DNA of 64,000 nt from Hemiscyllium ocellatum. Its lineage: Eukaryota. The stretch spans positions 1,333,438 through 1,397,437 of the forward strand of contig NC_083427.1 in the NCBI RefSeq assembly GCF_020745735.1, in the 5' to 3' direction. This document shows, piece by piece, positions 24,311 through 37,870 of the stretch (position 1 is the first letter of the stretch; the number at the start of each line of letters is the position of its first letter). The notes under the pieces were generated by a model. It was not told where the DNA came from and did not search any database. It saw only the letters and a list, made by a program, of their open reading frames with translations. Both the position numbers and the translations under genes were made by a program.

Positions 24311-25679
24311 AACTCCCTCCACTTAAAAAAAATTCCTTGGTGTCGTGTTGTAAACACAACTACACACAGTAATCCAGCTGTGGAAAAACCAAACTTTTGC
24401 AAAACTCCAACATCACCGTCCTGATCTCACATCTCTGAAATACGTACTGATAAAGGCAAGGGTACAGAATGTCTTCTTAAAAAAAGGCACTCGGCATCCA
24501 CACAATTTTGAGTGGGCGACCTCAACATCTCCAGCATCTTGTATCAGAGGAAATGGTTCATCACATCACTCCCTGTTATGTTAGCACTAATTAATACTGT
24601 TACCAAGCATACTCTGTGACCATCATCATCAATATCACCATTAGATCATGATGATTGAGTTACCAGTTCAATACATAGGTTTGATGGATCTCAAGAGTTA
24701 TCCTGTTTCACTGCATTTCGCTCAGAACTAATTTCAGCCACCTTGTGTAATTTACCTTAATAGAAATTCACCATGATCACTGCAGACACGACATCGTTTG
24801 ATTGACTCTGCATTATGCAGAATCTGCCACCAATATATCCTTCTTGCCATATGTCCTCTGCAGCCAAATGCAAAGTTAAGAATTCGGTGTGACTACAACA
24901 GGATGTCCTGCTCATTGTTTCCCACACATATCCTTGAATTAGGAATCTGTAATCTATTAATGAAAAACAAATACAGAAGCTCTGAAGAAAGTTCTCTGCA
25001 CCTGCAGCATTAAATCTGGTTTCACTGTACAGATGCTGCTGGAGGTTTTCCATAAATTTCAACATTTGTTTTGATTTCCAGTATCCACAGATCTTTAGCT
25101 TTTTGATTAATGATAATGCTTTTTCTGAGAGAAAAAAATCATGCATGACAATTAGTTGCCTTGCAAACAGGTGAAAGCCGCATTTCACGGGGCACCCGAT
25201 TGAAATAGAGAAGAAGATTCATAGATTTTGTTTTGAGATTTTCAAGGAGTAGTCAACGGCCATATTATAATTTTATGTTTTAATCTCTTGTGCTTAAATA
25301 ACACACACAGACGTAGGGTGCCGTCAGTTCATTCTTCCAGCTTTGCTAGAGCATTGAATACTGTTTCTCCTGGAATTTCCCACTCTAACTTTAGAAACTT
25401 GATTCTCAGCAGATTGCCGATGTATGCTGCAGAGTGCACTTTTACATTTTGTCCTTAAATGGCATCGGAAACACGTAATTGTCCCAGCGTTCCTGCACCA
25501 GCGATCACGTTGTCAACTGCAAACTCAGTTTTCAGTGAGGCTCTTCCAAGTTGCAAGCAGAATGATGGAGTCGAGAGAAAATTAATTCAATTAATTTATT
25601 AACAGGAACTCAGAATTTGTTGATGTTTTGTAATGAAATTTGAACTGTCTTCGCCAACTGTAAACAACCTTACATTTGC

Positions 25680-26600
25680 CCAAAAGAGAGAAAATGCTGG
25701 AAAATCTCAGCAAATTTGGCAGCATCTGGAAGGAGAGAAAAGAGCTGACGTTTCGGGTCTAAAAGATCCTTTGTCAAAGCTAAAGAAAGGGAGAAATAAG
25801 GAGGTATTTATACTAGGATGAGAGAAGGTGCCATTTATACATGGCTCCAGAAGCAAATGTAGCAGTAAAGAGGTGATAATGACAGTACAGAGAGATGTTA
25901 TAGGTTTATTAGAAGCTGAAGCTTCGATGTGACAAAATATGTGGGGGTTTGGTTGGGGGAAGGGGGCGAGATGGAGGGCGGGAATTGGTGAAGCAGAGGC
26001 AAAATGGGAAACGAGGGGAAGGGTAGCAAAGGGGGAGCAGGAGAGGTAAAAGGTGATGAAAGAGTGGGGAGCGAGAGAAAGACAGACAATTAAAAAATAA
26101 GAGGCACAGAACAGTGAAAAAAATAGAAAATCAAGATAAATGAAACAAATGAAATGAAATTAAGGAGCAAAATGAAAACAGAGGGGTCGAGATGGGGTAA
26201 TCATCTGATGTTGAATTCAATGTTGAGACCGGCAGGCTGTAATGTGCCTAGTCGGAAGATGAGCTGTTGTTCCTTCAGTTTGCATTGTGCTTCACTGGAA
26301 CATTGCAGCAGGCCAAGGAAAGACATGTGGGCATGGGAGCAAGATTATGTGTTAAAGTGGCAAACCACGGGAAGATCCGGGAACTGATTGCGTACAGATA
26401 TGGCTCCATAAGCAAAGGTAGCAATAAAGAGGTGATAATGACTGTGTAAATACCTCTCTATTTCTCCCTTTTTTTTTAGCTTCGAGAAAGGGTCAGTTCG
26501 GCTCGAAACGTCAGCTCTTTTCTCTCCTTACAGATGCTGCCAGACTTGTTGGGAATGTGTAGTATTTTCTCTTTTTTGGTTTCAGATTTCAGCATCCGCA
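25680..26600 (-). mobile_element. PLE 3'-end remnant with inverted terminal arms
   Basis: Arms 25680-25813 / 26444-26579 each carry a decayed GAAACGTC hammerhead; C-terminal ORF remnant (ORF 26154-26387 is its antisense). Confidence 0.7.
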
Positions 26601-26981
26601 GTAATTTGCTGTTTTCTTACATTTTCCCACGCGAGCCGTGATCTAACTTTATTTCGTTTGATTTGGTAAATTGCCAGAGAATTTCTCTGCGCAATATTTG
26701 CTATGCTACTGAACTTAATCTCCTCTACTAAACATGAATCTATGCTTCATTTATTTTTCTTCCAAGTCCAAATTTCTCTTTGTACATTGCATACTTGAAG
26801 AAACGTCTAACCAGAGTTGAGGTTACCTGGTCATGGAGTTTTTTCAACCCTTTCCAGATCACAACACATACCACTCGATTTCATAATGATAGTCTGCGAT
26901 TTGTCTTTTGTGTATGCTTCAGAATGTTAAACGTTTTTATAGATTTTCCTCTCGTAATTATTGGACTTTTGCTCTCTGCAG

Positions 26982-26990
26982 GTGAACTGA
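26982..26990 (+). CDS. IgNAR: Probable IgNAR TM2 exon start (VN-stop; cytoplasmic tail KVN) followed by 3' UTR
   Basis: Good acceptor ggacttttgctctctgcag|GTG AAC TGA, phase 0 matching TM1. Followed by over 1 kb of AT-rich sequence with no repeat I recognise and AATAAA at 27928-27933 and 28229-28234. Confidence 0.7.
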   Translation: MN

Positions 26991-28729
26991 CCATCACTGC
27001 TGAAAACAATTACTTCTGATTTCATTGAAAGCTTGTGTGTGAAGCTCCATCGGTTGCTGATTAGAAATGGCATTGAATTGATTTTTGCTCTCAATCATAT
27101 CGGCCCTTCCACGGTATCACTTCAACGTGTATTCTTATGTGATCTCAACTCAGGAATGAGAACTACTTGCATATTTTTGTCATTAACGTTTGCCTTCACG
27201 CTTTCTTTTTCAAGTGTTGGTGTTAAAGAAATTTCATGAAACTGCTACAAGCTAAGGAAATCACTCTTCGCCATTTAAATAAGCTGAAGACGAATCTTTC
27301 AAAATTGCCAATTGTTGGCAATATTTTGAAAAAAATTGAAGTGTATCCTATGCTACTCCCCTGCTAGACATGTGTTCAATACATCTTTGAGAAAGGTAAC
27401 CAGAGAAACCTACCAAACAGGCATGCAATCAAGTATAGAATTCTTACCCAAGAGCATTAGATAGATAAAAGCCTATTAATTTGACAGAATGTCAAGTCAT
27501 TACTATAGAAGACATAGGAAATGCATTTTCCAAGACTTGGAAACAAATCTACAAGCATGAATATTTTTCTCCTCACTGTTGTTATTAATTATGACATTTC
27601 CTCTGTTCAGCATTGTCTCTCTCTACTAACAAAAACAAAAGAAGTCTAATTGGCACCAGATAAAGTGTAACATCACAGTTAATAATTAAATGACCTATTT
27701 CTGTGCTGTTTATTTTGCTGCAAACTTTCCAAGTTGCAATGGAAGTGATTAAATGTAAGAGAATACATTTAGTTTGAGTGGATCAGAGATTCATTCTTGA
27801 AATTAATGAGCCATTCACACCCTTGTAAGCTCTTCTCCTTGCTCAGTACCTTCATCCTATTCCCACATGTGTTTTCAAGCCTTTGAGTTAATTTTATTGA
27901 CAAGACTGCAATTCTTATGATTTTCAAAATAAATGAAGTGTCAGAAACAGATGAAACTGGCACTCATTTGTGCAAACTGTAGAAATGTAATGTTGCCTAC
28001 AATTTACATCAGTGTTGTAATATAATTTAGTTATTGACTTCCTATTCTGTCCAGGCAGTGGCGTAAAATGTACTTGCTATTGTCTACTCCATATTGCCAA
28101 TCATTTGTATGTTGTAGAAATTCTGACCTTCAATCTAACATGTTTTCAAAATGTAATGTTATTCAGTTCGTTCCACTGATTACGTCAGTATTCACATATT
28201 TTGCCTTTTAAATGATTTTCCGTTTGCAAATAAAATCAGTTTTTAATTAAGCAACCGATGTTCAGAGCTTTATTCATTTACTTTCAAAGTTTGCTGGCCG
28301 TAACAATTGTCAGATTGAATTGAAACTCAGTCCTGTAAAGTGGGAAGCATTGACACTATCAAACCTTATTGCCCATCTGCAGACTCTCCTTGCGAAATCA
28401 TACGTTTTTATCTGCTACAATCTCTGTTACATCGGGGACTGCAAAAGCATGTGAGGATGTTAACTGAATTGAAGGGGTATTGGCAGACACTGTTTGATCC
28501 CATGCAATGTATATCCTTGTATTTATGCAGAGTAGAGCGACAAGGTTTGATAATTATCATCCAACAAAGGTGAGGGATAAAACGTCACTGAATTACTGCC
28601 ACAGATATTAGTCATCAACGGAATCTTGTCTTCAGTTCAAAATTCTTCCTGAAAGATGTAAGAATTACATCTATCTGTAATGAATCAGAAACGCTATTCA
28701 GTAATGAATGAATCAATTATTGAAGACTA

Positions 28730-30595
28730 ATCAGCAGATCTTGATACCTTGGCCCTGGAAATTACTACCCAAGATCCATTAAACTGACTACCCTGGCTGC
28801 CCGATCATCTCAGTTTCCTCCTGTCCAACTGAACTCATCTCCACATACTTGCTTACTGTCCTGTTCCTCCGGTCCAGGAACTCCCCACATACATTCAGAG
28901 ACCATCCACGCCTTCCAACCCCTCCAATACGTTCGCTTCCCTAGTCCCTGAAGCCTCATTTACACCATGCTCGTCCATACGGACAATAGAACTCCATCTG
29001 CCATGACGAAGGCCTCCAAGCCATCCGTTTCTTCCTCGACAGCTATCTCCACGAGTGGCCTTCCACGAACATTCTCATTCATTTGGATGAACTGACCCTC
29101 ACCGTGAATAATTTCTTCTTTGAATCCTCCCACTTTCTCCAGACAAATGGATAGTCATGGGCACCCGCATGGGCCACAGCAATGCATGTCTCTTTGTCGG
29201 TTATGTTCTACAGTTTCACTGCTTCCATTTTCCACCTTTTCCTCCCCTACATTAATGAGTGTATCAGCACCACCTCGAGCTCTCACGACGAGGTTGAACA
29301 GTTTGTCAACTCCACAGACACATTTCGCCCTGGCCTGAATTTCACCTGGATCATCTCAGACGCCTCCCCCCCTCCAATTGCAGGACTTCTGCATCTCCAT
29401 TAACGGTGACTGACTCAACATTGACATCACCAACAAACCTATCGACTCCCACTGCTCCCTGGTCTAAACCACCTCCCACTTTGCCTGCTGTAAAATCCTG
29501 AACACTTATTCCCACTTGCTCCGCCTCTGCTGCATCTGCTCCCGCGGGAACCAGTTCCACCAGAGAACAAACCAGATCGCCTTCGTTTTTGAAGACAACA
29601 ACTTTCCCTTCCATGTGAGTGAAGATTCCCTCCAACCCATCTCATCAATTTCTCGGAACTCTCAACTAACCCACCCTTCCAACTGCAACAAAGACAGATA
29701 TCCCACGGTCTTGACGATCAGGTCCACCAACCTCTGTATACATCTCATCATTCTCCTGCATTTCCATCACGAACAAATGAACCCCACCAACAGAGATAAA
29801 TGTCCTCCCCACCCCATCCACTTTCCAGAAAGACCGTTCCCTCTGCAACTCCCCTGCAAATTCCACGCCCCCTCCAAATCACCTTCCTCTCCCAGCACCT
29901 TCCCGTGCCAACACAGGAATTGCAAAACTCGCACCTACACCTAGCCCTTCCCCTCCGTCCAACGCTCCAAAGGAGCCTTCCACATTCATCAGAGATTTAC
30001 CTGCATTTCTACACATGTCGTTTACTCTGTCTGTTGCTCCCGATTTTGTCGCCTCGACATTGGAAAGATAGGAGGCCTCCTTGCACAGCACTTCAGATAA
30101 CATCTCCTGGACACCGAAAGCAATCAACACCACTGCCCCACAGCCAAACACACCGACTCCCACTCCCACTCCACCAAGGACATTCAGGTCCTGCACCTCG
30201 TCCATCGCCACTCTTAAGCACCCGACGCATGGAGGAAGAATGCCTCATCTTCTGTCTTGGGACCCTACAACAACACGGCATCAATGTGGATTTTACCAGT
30301 TTCCTCATTTCCCCTCCCCCCACCTTATCCCTGTTGTAAACTTCCAAATCAGCAGTACGCTCATAACTGGTCTGATCTGTCTGCCCTCCTCTCTGACCTA
30401 TCACATTACCCCCATGTTCGTCTATCTATCACACTCTCAGCTACAGTTCGCCCAGCCCACCTCCCTCCCATCTATCCCTCCACCTCATCGGCTCACAGCC
30501 CAAATACTGTTGAAGAGCGTTTGCCCGAAACCTTGACCCTCCTGCTTCTCAGCTGCTGCCTGACCTACAATAATTTTCCAACACAACACGTTCGA
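28730..30595 (+). mobile_element. Old degenerate Penelope-like element (RT to 3' end)
   Basis: Colinear with the 5957-8156 element (RT palm region, PCxxxxCKT linker, C-rich 3' UTR, decayed hammerhead near 30500-30545); many frameshifts and stops. Confidence 0.85.
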
Positions 30596-32709
30596 CTGAA
30601 TATTGCGTAACATGTTTAATGAATTATTTTACATTGTATGAGCGCAATTGTGTTTATCAATGGGAGAACGCAGAGATTTTATATTCTGCAGTGGGTAATT
30701 TCTGCCTTCCGAAAGCTGAAGATTCTGATCAATAAATTTGTCCTGACTGAGATAGCAATGCTCCCGAGACGATATTTAAAAGTGTTTTTACAATGTCTTG
30801 TGAACAATCGTATGAAAGTTCACCCCACAGTGTTACTGCAATTAGCCACATTGTCAGTCTTCAGTAGCCTTAGACAAACAGTGAATTTTCGGTGGTATAT
30901 CCTGCCATGATAAGAAAGCTGAGAGTCCAAAGATTTCTTGACATCATTAAGTAGTTCATTATTAATGAAATTTCTTTCCTGTCTTGAGCCTAGTTAGCTG
31001 TTTCCAACATAATAACGTTTGCAACAATATCTTCATTTCAGGTATTTCCTGAGCATTATAAATGGTTCAACAGCTCTTGTATAGAGACTTTAAGAGATTC
31101 AAGTGGTATCAGCCTACTAAATCAAATTTGAGTCAGTGATTTTCGATAGTTATTGGAATAGATCGAAGTGATCGTCCATTATATTTCATGGAAACAAAAT
31201 CGTCAACGTTACACATGAATTGCCAATCATATCTTAGCAGAAAATGGGTATAAGTGACATAACATTGGGCTTCAGAGAAGTGATGTTAAAACCCTACCAA
31301 TAATACACGCACAAAACAACCGAATGGGTAACATTAATTTCAATGGCCTGAAAACGATGCAAATAAATTCCAGAAACAATGACGTTGAATCTTCAATACT
31401 ATGTCCCTGATAGGTGTGATGGTCAGAGTATGAGAATCTTTGCCCAGTTTCACCAAACTGCATTTAATTAATTATAGATGAAAAACAAAAACCTGTCAGC
31501 ACATTTGCCATGTACTATTTCTTCCCCCACTTAGCACAGTCAAACTGGCGATTTCAATTGAGTAATACAAAAGCGAATCTCAATTGAAATCGTTCAGTTT
31601 TTTCTCTTTGGAGATGAATCAAAGCCACGACCTTTCCTTACTTGAAAACTAAGCCGCATTTAATGGAATTTCGACAGAAAGTTACACTGTGCAACATGAT
31701 CAGAAACCAGTTTATACTTTGTTGTCGTCGTGCACTTCTGGAAAGGAGAATGGGTTTATGTCACTGCATTTCACTCCACCTAGAGACTAACGTTAGCTAT
31801 TAGGTAAAAGCAATGACCGCAGATGCTGGACACCAGATTTTGGATTAGTGGTGTTGGAAGAGCACAGCAGTTCAGGGAGCATCCGAAGAGCTGCAAAATC
31901 TCCTCGGATGTTGCCTGAACTGCTGTGGACTTCCAGCACCACTAATCCAAAATAACGCTAGCTGTTGCACGTCTGAGGAACAGGAGGAGACATATCAGAT
32001 TGCATCGACAGTAATTGTGTTCATTTAGATCGCAAATAATGCCTGGCAGAAAAGTTTATAAACCTTGACACCGTTGTTAACAGATATCCATCTATCTCAT
32101 TGGGAAAGCTTAACTTGCCAGTAACCATTAACTTTCGAGAGTTAATTGCACAGTGTATGTCATAATTGTTTCCTATTTCACTCCAGAATGGCCTATGTAT
32201 AATTAAAACTACCGCTAGATTACTCTTGTCCTATCAAACACGAAGATCGGTTAGTTAATTATGCCGACACAATAAATATCTTTTATGTGGTGTCTGATCC
32301 CAACAGCCATACATTGCTCATGTATAGATGTGAAAGGTGTGCTGATTGATTGGCAATTCAACCGTGATTGGTCGATACATTGCCATTCAGAAAACAATGC
32401 ACAGCTGAACTCTTGTGGTGTTCCTGTGTAATCACCAAAGACTTTACTATAATGGAAAAATCAATTGGAAATGCTTACTATATTTGTTATTCTGTTAAGT
32501 TTGCTATTGTTCTGCTATAAAGCAATTCTGTCTTTATTTTGTTGCATTTCAACGACAGTGAATGAATAAAGCTTGTGTTGTATTTTAATTTCGAAAGGTC
32601 TACCTACCGAATTGCCTCTGGAATGCAACGCGTTATATTTACCTTTAAAATAATAAAATAGTTAGTGCTGAGACTAGACAAACACCAAACTGCACTAATC
32701 CCTTTGAAC

Positions 32710-33600
32710 TTCATTTGTTGCACAGCCTTCTGTGCCCTGAAATGATAACTACTCATCAAGATCCTTCTTAAATGTTATGAGATGCCTCCACCACCCTCTC
32801 AGGCAAATATTATATACTCCTACACCTTCTGGGTAGAAGAAATTTCAAGCCGCTTACTCGTCATTTTGCACTAATGCCATATGGTGTTAAGTACGCAAAC
32901 CATAGAGAAAATAAAATCTCACAATTTCATATGTTGGGGCGGCACGGTGCTCAGTGGTTAACACTTCTGCCTCACAGCGCCATCAAATTGCTCTCCCGCA
33001 GACAAGCCCTGCGTGTCCAGTCTCTCCTCATGACTTTCATGCCAACTAACATTCCGGCGAATCTCGTCTACCTCCTGTCAACTGTTTTGAGATCCTTTTT
33101 GCAGTGTGTCAACAAGAACTGAACACAATATTGCATTTCTGATCTAAGTAATTTCTCTTCTAAAGTTGTAACAAGACTTACTTTCTCCTATTGTTCTATG
33201 CTTTGGTCTTTGAGGGCAAGTGTCCCATATGCCTTGTTTACCACTGCAAATGTCCATGCAACTTCAGTGATCTATAGACGTATATACCAAGCTCCCTGTG
33301 TTCCTCAGTGTTACCTCGAGTTGCATGATTCGTGATATATGTCTTTCCATTTTGCAATCTCCCAAAATGCATCACGTCCCAATACAAAGAATTAAATTTC
33401 ATCTGTCACGGTTCTACCCGATTTCCCAGATTATTAATATTAGACTCTGCTCCGAGACAGTTCTGCTCACTATCAACGACATCAACAATTGTCGAGTCAT
33501 CCATAAACATGCTAATTAGTCATTTTATGTTCACATTCAATCATTAACGCATATCGAACAGTAAAGATCCCAGCATGGATACCGGATCCTCAAACAGACT
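32710..33600 (-). mobile_element. CR1-type LINE fragment with a SINE head (32937-32991) inside
   Basis: Reverse-complement CR1 RT segments; ggggcggcacggtgctcagtggttaacac head. Confidence 0.75.
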
Positions 33601-34759
33601 GACGTAAATAAAAAAGTCATTGACAACGCTCAAGGCCGGTCAATGAGCACTGCAGCCCGCAGAGTCATCACAAAGAATACCATTCCCAACTGAAAGTGCT
33701 CTTTGTGACAGCTGAACAGTTTTATTCCCCACCAGCAATCCTGCTTTGCAATGTTTTATCTGCTTAGTTTCAGAGTTGATATTGCACACCTCTGGAGCAG
33801 ACAGGGCTGAACTCAGGCCTTCTTCAGGAATTCCGGGGTTATTTCCAAAAATTTCGGCTTATGCCCGAAACGTCGATTCTTCTGCCTGATGATGATGCCT
33901 GACCTGCTGCGCTTTTCCAGCAAAAACATTCCTCGGCTCTTATCTCCAAAATCTGCAGTCCTCACTTTCTCCCACTATCACTGTACTGCAAGGGCTCTAA
34001 ATATCTTTTTTCTATGTTTTCGAAACAACTTGTTCAGTTATGCTATTGCATACATCCAAAACAATTATTTTTTGCACCCGAGCCTACAGGTTCAGAGGTA
34101 CCTATATGAATACGTTAAACCTACAGAGATATGATTAAACACCACCAGGTGGAATTTGAAACGAGGAATTGAATAGATTTGAACCCACAGCTTTTGTGCT
34201 CAGGACTCTTCACACATTCATTTCAACTTATTCAGTCAAGCTATTCAAAGATACTAATCTGCTCCTCTGGAGCAGGTGGGATTTCAACTAGGCTCTGTTG
34301 GTTCTTAGATACCTTTTCACATTGTTGTAGGAATTTCCTCATTAAACTGTTCACAGATATTATGACATGCCCCTTGAGCAAATTGGACTTGGCCTCTGAG
34401 CCTCCCGATTCAAAGGCATGAACACTGGCACTTCACAAGAGCCCTAATTCTTCACAATTCTTTTGGCAATGGTGGGGCAGGGTGGGAGGGGTTCCTGAAT
34501 ATTCTGGAGGAGGCCTGTAAGCTCTTTTACATTGAATGTGTTTCTTCCAAATTAAAAGAAGTGGTGAACTGGTGTGCGTGTTCCATCCTGTATTAGCTGA
34601 AAAAACATTCTATTCACGAGCACTTCCTGCTGCCACGTTGCAATATATACCACACATAGATATTTGGACGGAATGTACTGTCAGCTCTAAGAAAGTGTGC
34701 TTGTTTAATACAGAAAGGGCATGAGGGAGAAAGCGACAGACTGAGAGATAGAACGAGGT

Positions 34760-34965
34760 GGGTGGCACGGTGGCACAGTGGTTAGCACTGCTGCCTCACA
34801 GCGCCTGAGATCCGGTTTCAATTCCCGACTCAGGCGACTGACTGTGTCGAGTTTGCAAATTTTCCCTGTGACTGTTTCCTCCCACAGTCCAAAGATGTGC
34901 AGGTAACGTGAATTGGCCATGCTAAATTGCCCGTAGTGTTAGGTAAAGGGGTAAATGTAGAAGAA
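34760..34965 (+). mobile_element. HE1-like SINE with internal deletion
   Basis: Same head and core as 12341-12661. Confidence 0.85.
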
Positions 34966-35009
34966 TGGATGTGTTCTGGCAGATTAGATCGCATGGACTT
35001 ACAGGGTAG

Positions 35010-36070
35010 GTTGGAAAATATCGACGCAAACTTGGCTTAATGGGAGGAGCAGAGGGTAATAATGTCAGGATGCTTGTTGGAGTGGAAGCCTGTGAGTAAT
35101 GGAATGCATCAGGGCTCGGCACCGGGCCCATTGCTATGCCTTATCTATATCCATGATTTGGATGAGAATGTACAAGTCATGATTACTACGTTTGCTGATA
35201 ACACTGATATAGGTTTGGACAGAGGAAGGGTATCAAAAATTGCAGCACGACTTTGTTCAGCTGGGAAGGTCGGCCGTGAAATGGAGTTTAATCTTGATAA
35301 TTGTGATCCTGCATTTCAGAAAATCAAAAGAGGGAAGGAATTTCATGGTGAATGATAGGGCCTTAAGGAGTGTCGTAGAATAGAGGGATCTTGGAGCTCA
35401 GGTTCGCCGTTCTGTGAAAATGGAGTCACAGGTAGACTGGATAGTGAAGAAGGCTCTTGGCACACTGACATTCGTCAGTCAAGGCATTGAGTATCGAAGT
35501 CATGAAGTTATATTGCAGATAAGCAGGACGTTGGTCAGGCCACACTTGGAGTATTGTGTTCAATTTTTAACAACATTTTGTAGGAAAGAAAGAGGTCGGA
35601 AGACATTTACAAGGATGTTTCAAGGACTCAAGAGTCTGAACGAGAGGAAGGGTTGGACAAGCTAGGCCTTTTCTGCTTTACAGCGAAGGAGACCCAGGGG
35701 GGATGTTATAGAATTGCATATGATCATGCGAGGCATAGATAGGGTGAATGCACTCAATCATATCCTCGGGATTGGGGAATGGAGGACTAGAGAGTATCAG
35801 TTCAAGATTGGGGGGAAAGTATGAAATGGAACCAGATGAATAAGCTTTTCTTTAACACACAGAGTGGGACGTTTGCGGAATGAGCTGTCAATGGAAGTGA
35901 CGGAGGCGGGTACGTTATGAATATTTGAAATGCACACGTTTAAATACATGGTTAGGAAAGGATTCGAAAGATGTGGACCAAGTGCAGAGAAATCGGGTAA
36001 TTGTGGGCGGAACCTTTGCTCGGCATGGGACAGTTTGGACTAAAGGGCTGTAGTACTTTATGATTCTTAG
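35010..36070 (+). mobile_element. CR1-type LINE fragment
   Basis: NGMHQGSAPGPLL..TFADNT; RTLVRPHLEYCVQF. Confidence 0.9.
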
Positions 36071-36129
36071 TACAGGATGACCCAGAAGTCTCTGAGTTAG
36101 AAGAAGACATATTGGCAAGGGTTAATGAG

Positions 36130-37870
36130 AAGACCGAATGAACATTTATTTTTCGTAATTGGTTGCTCTTTACAATGTGGTGGTGAACATCTTCTTTGAA
36201 TTGTTGCAGTGCCTTTGGTGAAGATATAACACAATATCTTCCAGGAGCAAGTTCCAGGATTTTTCCTCAGTGAAATCAGAGGACTTGTGATTGATTTGTC
36301 GGTGTCGATGGTGACTGCTGTGGAAGGGAACTTGCAGTTGGTGATGTGCAAGTGCAACTGAAGCCATTGTCATTCTCCATGGAAGTCGAAGTAGATAGGA
36401 AGTTGCTGTTTAAAGATACTATTAAAATTCGCGCCCTGTTGAATTTCTGTCATGCGGTTTGCACATTGTTCTTAGAGAGTACCATGAAATAAATGGCAAA
36501 TGGTGGTGTATTCGCTGCCAATCAAATGACCTGTTTTCTTGAGTGTTGTCAGAGTTAACTGACCAGGCAAATCAAGAATCATCTGGAGTCTGTCGAGATT
36601 GGTCATGCACGAGGCACTTCATTTAATGACAGAATTCTGACAGATTAAAAAAGGCCATTCGGCCCAACATGTCTGCACACACTGCACACAGTTCCACTGT
36701 CTGCCACATCGTTGCAATCCGGCAGTGGAGCTTTTGCCAAAACCAACTCCGAGCATGCAGTTCAGTGGACACCGTTGAGCATATCGTGATATTCGCAATG
36801 CAATGAGCCTGCACATATTTGGACTTTTGGGGGAATCTACAGACACAAGGATAATATACAATCTCGACACAGACAGTCGCCGAAATCGAACCCAGTTAGT
36901 TATCCCTGAATTGAATTTCATTGAATTGAACTGAATTAGCATTACTATCACATGTTCTGGACAGAGAACAATTGTTTGCAAGTCACCACATAATAGGTTT
37001 AAGTCTTAGGTATAAGTCACCAAGATACAGATATTTATGTATTTGTTACTAAATAGAAAGAAAGGTGATCGTATGAATAAGTAGGAAAGTAGAATCATTC
37101 CTGTGCTGCTACTCGCTTTCTTTCATGCATATTTCATTGAACCAGTGTTGAACCCCTTTCATTGCTGTTGTTGCAAATTGGCTCTGCCGAGCTATGAGGT
37201 TGTAAGTTTGTTGGAGAAAAGTTCTCTCTGATACTTCTATGTGCCACTACACTGATGCCCCGTTTTGTTTTTCTAGATCTGTTCCGAGTCCATCTCGTTT
37301 AGCATGACAACAGTACACAATACAATGCAGTTATTCTCACTGTGACAATGATTTGTGCCATGATAACATGCCTGTGCACTGGTCTCTCTTACCATTAATG
37401 TCATGGCGAGGTCCATTTGCAGCAGACAACTTCGTGAGGACGAGGTCAATTATATTTTTCCTTCTTACTGGTCACCCCATTGCGTGCCACCCCAGCTCTC
37501 TTTTCAATTCGTGCTCAGCATGGAGGAGTACTGATTTAATTGGTTGATGAGGATCCCTTGCAAAATGTTGACCTGATGCCGTAAGACTTCATGAACTCCA
37601 GAGTCAATGTTCTGTACTGTGAGATAAACTCATACTTGACTGATTTCCTGCGTCACAAACTCTGCTGGATACGCCCGAAAAAAGGAAATAAATAGCTGAC
37701 AGAAGATGATGGAGGTGTTTGAGACATTTGATTACGTGCATACGGCAATGTCAGGCTCATTTCTGAATCGCCTGTGAAACAGTTTCTTCAATCTGGATCT
37801 AACCGTCAGATACAACGTCATGCAGATTCCACAGGGATGGATTTTCTGTTGTCGTTTTTATGCCTTATTT
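36130..37870 (-). mobile_element. Fragments of a second CR1/L2-superfamily LINE (36130-36620, 37090-37870) with a decayed SINE between
   Basis: Resembles 48250-49800; ORF 36097-36357 KNPGTCSW..QRRCSPPH C-terminal remnant. Confidence 0.6.

Noticed and set aside
31357-31364. Isolated ATGCAAAT octamers (also 18399, 22727, 48646, 60917) as V promoters
   Set aside because: No leader exon or V segment follows; scattered occurrence is unsurprising in AT-rich DNA.
33790-33975. Hammerhead halves near 33810-33885
   Set aside because: The CTGAAGA box is on the minus strand and GAAACGTC on the plus strand, so no single transcript has a full core.
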